Assembly (NCBI GenBank): GCA_035495615.1
Contig: DATJFP010000088.1
Coordinates: 41,763 to 105,762 of the forward strand
Direction: 5' to 3'
DNA: 64,000 nt
Source of the DNA: Verrucomicrobiia bacterium
Lineage (GTDB): Bacteria; Omnitrophota; Omnitrophia; Omnitrophales; Aquincolibacteriaceae
The notes below the pieces were generated by a model that saw only the letters and a list, made by a program, of their open reading frames with translations, was not told the origin of the DNA and made no database searches. Of the stretch, positions 39,201 through 48,200 are shown in pieces. Each line of letters starts with the position of its first letter. The first letter of the stretch is position 1. The position numbers were made by a program, and so were the translations under genes.

Positions 39201-42200
39201 GCGTCCGGCATCGGCAGCGGCGGCGCCTTCGAGCCGCGCAGCCTGGGCATCCGGGTCAGCCAGCGCATTCAGTTCCGTCATGGCGTTCAACTTGCCTTCG
39301 ATGTCCGCGACAATCGCGGTAACGCGGGCGTTGATTTCGCCCTCGATCGCGCTCCTCAAGGTTTCTCCCTTGATCTGTTTCGCCCGCGGCAACAAGGCTT
39401 CGGCGGCGTGCACGTTGGCATCGCCCGGAAGGAGGGCCGCAAGATCGCCGCGGATCGCTACTGCTTTTTCATCGTCGCTTCTCAAACGTTCGCGGATGGC
39501 CGAGAGCGCCGCCGCGACATCTTCCGCAATCTGGTCACGCACGCGTTCGGGCACGCGCGTCTCGATGGCTTGGACCTGGGCAGGCGTCGCGGTTTCGGGA
39601 TCGAGCTGGCCGAGGTCCTGTTTGGCCGCCGTGACGGCTTCGCGGTCCGCGGCGATGCGCCTCGTGATGGCGTCCATCTTGCCGCGCGCCAGATCGCGAA
39701 GGCCTGCGGCTTCCGAGGTAAGCGCGTCTTCGAGGCGCTGGACCTGCGTGTCGACTTCGGCCGCCGCGCTCAACTCGGTCAAGGCTTCCAGTTTTCCGCG
39801 GATGTTTTGGACGATCCCGCCCACTTTCGCGTTGATTTCATCCCGCACGGTTTCTCTCAGAGCGGGGTTCTTGATGTCCGCGGTCTCCGTCAAAAGGGCT
39901 TCGGCTTCTTTGACAGCGGCCGTTTCAACCGGCAGCAGTCCAAGCCGCTCACGAATGCTTTGCGCTTTTTGTCCGTCGGTTTCGATGCGCTGGCGGATCG
40001 CAAGCAGGGCCGCCTGCGCTTCGGTGCTCACCTGGCCGCGCAGACGTTCAGCAAGACCGTTCACGACGGCTTCGACATCGGTGGCCGCGGCTTCATTTAT
40101 ATTAAGGCTCGTGATCGCCTGCTTCGCCTGGCTTACGGCGAGCTCGTCCGCCCGGATCCTTCTCTCGATGGCGGCCGATTTTTCTTCCGCAAGCGTGCGC
40201 AGCCGGCCCGCTTCGGACGTGGCCGCGTCTTCCAGCCTCGGCGTAATCGCCGTCACGCTGGCGGGCTCGTTCTGGTCCGTCACGGCATTCAATTTCCCTT
40301 CGATGTCCGCAACGATCGCTTTGACTTTCTGATTGATCTCGCCTTCGACCGCGGAGCGCAGCGTTCCGTCTTTGATCTGCCCGGCGCGGGTCAGCAGCGC
40401 TTCCGCGTCTTTGATCGCCGCCGTATTGGCAATCGCTCCGAGGTCACCCCGGATGGCCGCCGCCTTTTCGGTATCGCCCTGCGTGCGTTCGCGAATCGTG
40501 GCGGCCGCGGCATCCGCTTCGGCCTTGACCTGATCACGCACCCGTTCGGGCACGCGATTGCGAAGGGCTTCTACGTCGTCCACCGCGGCCGTGTCCAGAT
40601 TGAGCGCCGCGATCGCCTGCTTGGCTTCGCGCACGGCGCGTTCGTCCGCGTCGATCCGGTTTTGAATGGCCCTGGATTTCTGCTCCGCCAACTCCCGCAG
40701 CCGGGCCGCTTCCGGCGTCACCGCGCCTTCAAGCCGCGACGTCTGGGCCGTCACTTCTTGGGCCGTGCTGAGTTCCGTCAAGGGCGTCAGCTTCGTTTCG
40801 ATGTCCGCGGCGATCTGGCCGGTCTTGGCATTGATCTCGCCTTCCACGGCCGGACGCAGCACCGCATCTTTGATCTGCGCCGCGCGGGGAAGCAGCGCTT
40901 CCGAATCCGTGAGCTTGGCCGTCGCGGCGGCGATACCCTGCAGGTCCGAACGAATCGCCGCGGCTTTTTCTCCGTCGCCCCGCGTGCGGTCGCGGATCGT
41001 GGCAATGGCCGCGTCCGCTTCGGTCTTCACCTGCTCGCGCACCCGCTGGGGCACCCCATTGCGGAGGGCTTCCACTTCGTCCACCGTGGCCGTGTCCAGA
41101 TTGAGCGCCGCGATCGCCTGCCTGGCGCCGCTCACTGCGAGCGTGTCGGATTCGCCGCGGCCGGAGATGGCCTGAGACTTTTGGCCTGCCAGCTCCCGCA
41201 GCCGGGCCGCTTCCGGCGTCACCGCGCCTTCGAGCCGCGCCGTCTGGGCCGTCACCTGGTCGGCCGTGCTTTCGTCCGTCAAGGCGTTCAACTTTCCTTC
41301 GATGTCCGCGACGATCCGCGTCACGACCGCGTTGATTTCGCCTTCCACGGTCGTCCGCGCGGTCTGGTCCTGAATCTTTGCGGCGCGCTCGAGCAGCGCT
41401 TCCGCGTCTTTGATGTTCGCGGCCGCCGGCACGATCCGTCCGAGATCCGCGGCAAGGGGCCCGCGAAGCGCCGTGTCTTCTTCGCCCCGCTTTAAGTCAT
41501 CCCGCCGCCGTTGAGCCCCTGCCAAAATCACGTCGTAGGCGCTTCTTTCATCCCCGGCGAACGTCACCCCCGTCACAAGCCGTTCCGCTTCATCAAGTTT
41601 CTGCTGCGCCTCGGCCGCTGTGTCCGCAGCCTGGGCTGCGGCAAGCAATCCGACCAGCGAAACAACATTGCCTCGGCGCGTTACCTGCTCTTGTTCGGCT
41701 CGCTTCAAGTCGCGCTGCTTTACGCGCAGGGCTTCGAGGGCTTCGGTATAACGGGCTTCTTCCTGGCCGGCAAATGTGACCTGGCTGCGCAGTGCCGTGA
41801 CGGTCGCGATCGTGGCTTCCGCCTGCGTCGACGAGGTCGGCTCCACGGCCAAAAGAGCCATCAGGTGCCGGACTTTTCCCGAACGTTCGGCTTCCGCATC
41901 TTCGTCCGTCTTGAGACGCTGCGCGGCTTCGCGTGCAAGCCCGAGCGCATCGGTGTACTGCCGCTGTTCATTCCCCTGAAATTGGACGCGGCCTGCAAGG
42001 TCTTCGGCTTCTCGGATCATTTCCTCGGCTTCGGATGCCGTTGCGGCGCGCTGCGCGCCTGTCAGCAGGCTCTGGATGCGGCGCACCGAGGCTTCGCGGT
42101 CCGCGACAAGTGCCCGATGCTCGGCGATGAGTCCGGCCAGCGCGCGCGTGCGAGTGCTTTCAGCGGCGCCTTCCAGCCTTTTTTCCTGGAGGTCGAGGAC

Positions 42201-45200
42201 GCCTGTGTCATAAGTGCTCGTGACCTGGGTCCGGATATTGGATTCGATGGCAAGCGCGGTTTGTTCGACTTCCCCTTCGAGCGTCGTGCGCAGGCCTTGA
42301 TTGCGGACGCGCGCCACGTCCTTCAGCACGGCTTCCGCTTCCGCCAGCGTGGCCGTCGCCGCTTTCACATTCAAATTCGCGAGCGCGTCACGTACGGTCC
42401 TGGCCAGGGTTTCTTCCTGCGCCACGGCTTCCTGGATGGCTTTCTTTTTCTGTCCCGCCAGCGCCTGGAGCCACGGCTGGGCCGCGGGATTGAAACGCCT
42501 TTCCTGCGCCTCGACCGCGCTGACGGCCGCGGTTTCGTCCATCGCGGTCAGCGTTTCCTGGATGTTGTCAATGAGGCTGCCGATCACGCGGCCGACTTCG
42601 CCCTGCCACGCCTGACGCACGCCTTTGTTCTGGATCTGATTGACCCGCTGATAAAGCATTTCCGCGTCGCTGATCTGGGCAGTCGTAAGGTCGAGGCCCT
42701 CGATCGCTTCCATCACGCCTACGGCAATCTCATCGTCTTTGCGGATCCTGTCGCGGATGGCCTGGCGCACGGTCTCGGCTTCTGCGGCAATGCGCGTCTG
42801 GAGAGGTTCCCGCAAAGTCGCGGCCACGGCGTTCACGTCTTCTTCCTTCGCGGTCTTCGGATCGATCTTGCTCAGTTTCCCCAGAACGTCCTGCACGCTC
42901 GCCGCGTCTTCAGTTTCCTGCAGGGCCATGAGATCCAGCACTTCCACGACCTGTTTGTCCCCGCGCACGGCGTCTTGGAGCCGCAGCGGAAGCGCAGTGA
43001 TCGCGGCTTCCACGTCCTGGGAGGCCGCTTGCCCGATCACCATGCTCGTGATGGCGGCGATCGTCTGCGTTTTCATCGCTTCGTCTTTCTGCTCACGGGC
43101 CGTGATCGCGCGGGTCATCTCCTCCACCTTGCTGCTCAGCCTTTTGAGGACGTCTTCCGGAAGGCGGAGGGCCATATCTTCGGGAAGACGGAACATGACG
43201 GCGTTGACCTGAGGCACGGTAGAGGTCTCGACCGGAAGAGCGCCGATCTCGGCAACCAATCCGTCGATAAAGGCGGAGTCGCTCGCCGCCTGGAAACGAT
43301 CATGGACCGCCTTGACGCCGGCCGTGAGATCCGTGCGCAGATTTCCGCGGTAGCCGCGGGTCCGTTCGCTCTGAGCGGCAAGCTCGTCTTCATTTTTGAC
43401 TCCGGCCAGACGCTCGACGACGTTCTGCGCCACCTTCTCCTGCTGCGCGGCCGCGGCCTGTTCGATCTGGTCCCGGTAAGCGCGGCCAGGCGCAAATCCC
43501 AGCAGCCGCAGCCCCTGTTGGACAAAAGCCGAGACGTCGCGCACCGACACCTCGCGCGCGTCGATTTCCCCGATTTGCCGGACAAGGTCTTCCACGGCAC
43601 TATCCATTCTCTGCCGGCTCCGCTGTTCGCGGCTTTCGGCAAGGTCACGCTGTCTTTTCTGTTCACGGGCCTGACGCGCCTGGTCGACCGGCACGGCTTC
43701 GAGTTGTTCGACCGCGGTTTCGCGGGCCTGTTCTTCCGGCTGTGGCACGGGCTTGGGCTGTTCTTCGGCCACTTCGGCCGCGGGAACTGACTGGACCACG
43801 AGCGAATACAGATGCGCAATGTCTTTGTATTCCTGGAGGACGAGCTTGATGACTTCCGTACGCGTCTGCACGGCCATCTCGAAAAGCGCCTGCTTTCTGC
43901 CTTGCGCGGTTTCATCCGCATCGGTCGTCGACTGCTGTTTCAGCGCCTCGAAAAGCGCGCGGATGAGCGCCGGGAGCTGGGCGAGTTTTTCCTGGACGGC
44001 CAGAAGCTGGCGCGCGGTCTGTTCGCTGGACAATTCTTCTTCGCTGGCAAGGCGTAAGGTTTCCAGGGTGTCGCGAAGGCTGTGGAGTCCCTGCACGAAG
44101 TTCGCGCCGTCCTGATAGCCTTCGCTCAGCTTCGAATAAATATCGCGGTAGGCCACACCGATGGCCTGGACCGCGTTGTCTTGGGCCGCCCGCAATTTCT
44201 CATCCAGGCTTCCGAGCGCTTCATCGAGCTGCTGGATGCGTTCGGTGAAACGCACGCGCAGCGCCTCGGCCCGGGTCTGGATTTCAGTGCCTTCATAATA
44301 AGATTCCCGTGACAAGGCAGCCAGCTGCTCCATGACCACGTCCCGAAGCCGCCACAGGGTGTACTGTTCGTTTTCGATGACCCCGGCCGCTTCACGCACC
44401 AGCGGGAATTGCCCCGCGGGCTGCTGCAGCTGGGCCTCAAGCTCTGATATATAGGAAGCGGTGTGCCCGAGCTCCTGGTCCGTTTCGCGTTCGATTGTGT
44501 TCAAACGGCGCGTCAGCACGCCCATGTTATATTCCGCGATTTGCCGGATCTTCTCGTCCGCGGCGGCGCGGACGCGGTCTTTGAGATTCGCGGGTAGGAG
44601 ATCGACCAGCCGGTTGACTTCCGCGGGCGTGCCGACCGGAACCGAGACTTTCGTCTCGATGGCGGCCGTGACTTTTTGCACCTGCAGGTCGTCGAGCTTG
44701 CCCAGGGAAGCGGCGCCGCGCGCAATAACCGCGGCAAGCGCCTGCCTTCTGGATTTCAAAAATTCAATTTCGCTTCGCACGCCGGGATCCACGGCGTCCG
44801 GATTTTTTCCGAAGGCATCTACCTTCGCGTCGAACTGCGCGAGCGTCCTATCCGCTTCCTCCCGGATTTTCCCGATCTGGAGCCGGATCGTGTCGAAGAT
44901 GCTAGTCGTTTCTTCGGTGAGGTTCGGGACGTTCATGAGGCTTTCGGCGACTTCGAGGCTGCGGATCAGCCTCGTCTCTTCCGTTTCGTAGAAAGCGCGG
45001 GCTGCGGTGACTTCGCCCTTCAAGGCCAAAACGCGTTTTTCCGTGAGTTGGATTTTACGCGTCAGTTCCCGGATCCCGGCCTGGGCGTCTTCGGTCACCC
45101 TCTTCAGGGAATCGTCGAGCTCGCGGAGAAGGTCTTCGGGTTCTTCCGTCGTCCTCAATTCCGCGCGCAGGCCGACAGCAAGCTGGGGCATCTGGCGGGC

Positions 45201-48200
45201 ATTCCCATTCAAGCTTGCGAGAAGCTGGCTGCGTCCTTCGCTTCCGAGACCCGCAAAATAGGCATCGGGCCGGCCGAGCAGTTCGCCGATCAGGGCCAGG
45301 ATTTTTCGGACCGCTCCCGCCGACGGAGTCTGCTTGAGTCCCGCCAGCGTCTGTCCCGCTTCCGCGATCGCTTTCTTGGCATCGACCGCCGCGGGCTGCT
45401 GCACGGGTTGGCGGGCCCGCTCGAGCGCACGCGCGATGCCGGGAAGATCGCGGATTTCAGGAGGCAGGGCTTCGAGAGTCTTGGCAATTTCGGCGACTGG
45501 TTCCGGGACCATCTCCGGATCGAGCTCGGGCGTCAGCGAAACATCGAGGGCATGCTGGATATTATTGTAGAGCAGATTCCCTTCTGTCCCCGTGGCCTTG
45601 TCTTCGTAAGAGAGCTTCTTAATAATGTAGTCGCGCAGGTCCGCCATTGCGAGAGCGATCGTGCCGGCCTGAATCTGGCGCGCGGCAAACAGAATCGCGT
45701 GATGGTCATACGTAATGCCCGTCGTATCCGAAACCTTGGGCATGTTCGCGGCGCGGTCTTCTTTCCAAAGGTCCTCATTGCTCATGGCCGCTTCCGGGAA
45801 GGCCTTGTTATGCTGGCGCAGCGATGCTTCCTCAAGCAAATCCAGGACGGCGTTCCGCTGCTGGCCGCCGAGCGCGTTCCAAGCCGCTTCGTCCGACCGG
45901 CGGATCAATTCGATCTGGTCGCGCAGCGCCTGCTGCAACTGCCCGGCCGCCTCTTCCCGCTGGATTTGGGAAGTCCACGCCTGCGGCAATTTATCGAGGA
46001 TCCAACGCTGTACCTGGACCGAATAATCCGTGACTTTCTTTTCCGTGGCCGTGCGCGGAACGGTGAGGCTCATCGGGTCTCCCGGCTGGACTTGCAGCCG
46101 GTCCAGATGCATCAGGAAATGAATGAGCGCGTTCTTTTCCTGCTTCGTCCACGACGTAAGCTCGGAGTTCCACCGCTGAAGCCCCATGAACCGGTTTCTC
46201 GAGAGATCGTAGCGGCGCTTTTCGATTTCCGGACGCGGGCGCTCCACAGCGCCTTCCTGGAACCGCAATTCGCCTTTCAACGCGGCCTGGCCGAGGTCGG
46301 TAACGACGACGCTGATCTGGCCGGGCTGCACCTTGCCGAGCGCTTCCGTGACGGCCGGATCCCTGACCAAGTGCGCATCCACGGGCCCGGAATAATAGTT
46401 GCTGTCGCCGAGCTCCAGCCGGTTCAAACGGTCGGGCTGTTTGAAAAGCCCGCGGGCTTCCGAATCCTGGCTGCGAAGCACCTTCGCAAAAAGGCGCAGC
46501 GCCTGTGTCTTGTCTTCGCCCGTCTGCCACAAAAACTGGTTCGGACCTTTCCGCTCCAGCACGCCGCCGAAACGGTTGACGATCGCGAGGAGACCCTGCT
46601 GGTATTCCGCAGGAATTTCCGCGGCGATTTTCTTACGCATTTCCTCGAGCGCCTGCTCAGGAGTATTGCTTTCGAAGATGCTTTCGACGATCGTCAGGGT
46701 CATGAGGAAAAAGGCGTGCGCGTATTCAGGATCGCGGGCGATGAAATCGGCGGCTTCCTGGCGGAGACCCAGGCTCGCCGCATTCAGAAATTCGCGCGCC
46801 TTGGGCGATTTTTCGATGACCATGTGCCAGGCCGCGAGCTGGAAGCGCGGGTCGCTCAGGCTTTGCTGCTGGGGCGGGAGGAAAGTCTCCACCAGCCGCG
46901 TTTCGAGCGGCATCGGCTTCTGGCTGAGGGCGTCCACGTAAAGCTGCGTTTCCTTGGTGTCGTCGATCTGGCCGTGGATCCGCGGCGCGATCACAAGGAA
47001 AGAATAATCGTTTTCCTTGAGATAGGCCTCGATGCCGGGCGTATGGAAACCACCGGTAATGATCGCCATGATCTGCTGCTTCCCGGATTCCATTTCCCCG
47101 ACCGCTCTCTCGATCAGGATCTTGTCGCGTTTGAGAGCTGCGGAATAATAACGCTCCACGCGGCCAAGATCCTGATCAAGGATCTCCAAAAGGGACGGCA
47201 ATCCATTGGAGAACTGATGTTGCTTTAAGAGCGGTACGAGGAAATTACGGAATGTCTCTGCCTTGAATTCGTCGCGGTATGTGTAGAAAAAGTCTGCGTC
47301 CTGCTTGGTCAGGGTGAAATTGAACATCTTCTGGTAAATCTCGAAAATGCGGAACAGCCGGTCCAGCTGCACTTCCTCTTCGTTGCGGAACAGCTTGTTC
47401 TTGATGTCCCGCTCGAGCGCCTCGATCTCGCTGAAGATCGCGACGTCGATCGAATCGTAGAGCCTCATATATTTAAGGTAGCGCAGGACCTCGTCGTACT
47501 TCTGGGCCAGCTCTTCCTGCCCGGCCCCCTGCGTCGACTGCATGTTCTGGATTTCGACCTGGAGATAGCCGTAATAGTCCGCGCGCTTCATCTTCTTCAT
47601 GCGGAACTGGACCGTGTTGGTCAGAAACTCGGAGAGTTTTTCACGCGTGAGGACGTTTTTCAGGTCGTTGATCAGGTCTTCGATGCTTTTTTCGGCTTTG
47701 TCGAAATCGATTTCTTTTTCGAGATCGATGAGCGAGAGAAGCGAGTGCATGCCCGGATAATCGTAAAGGGCGATGTTTTCTTTGCGGGCCGTTTCCACGA
47801 GATGGCGGACGTAACTCACGAGTTCGTTGCCGCCGGACTGGAAGGCCTGCCGGTAATGCAGCATGTCCCGCAGATCATCGGAGAAAACGAACCGGGAAAC
47901 ATCGTCCATCAGCTTTCCGAGGTCCGCCAGAACTTTTTCGTCTCGGTCTTTGTATTGCAGGGCGTCGAGATAAGCGCGCCTGTTTTCTTCATAGATCTGG
48001 CGGTCTTCCACGCCGTACAGGTTCAGTTCCGGCCGGTCGACGATCGCGAGGTATTCGGGCCCCGTCAAACGGGCTTCTTTCAAAAAGTAATCCGCGACAT
48101 TTTTGCGGGCTTCTTTGTTCGGAAAAAACGAAAAGAGTTCGGTGAAGAGTTCGCCCTCGGCGCCTTCCAGGTTGATCAGTTTAAGACCGTAATTTTTGGC

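Noticed and set aside
37900-41500. Possible CRISPR array or mobile-element repeats suggested by the regular 500-bp periodicity
   Set aside because: The units are 501 bp, a multiple of 3, lie inside an open reading frame, and translate to a conserved helical protein repeat. They lack the short repeat-spacer structure, have no cas genes nearby, and carry no transposase or inverted-repeat signatures.
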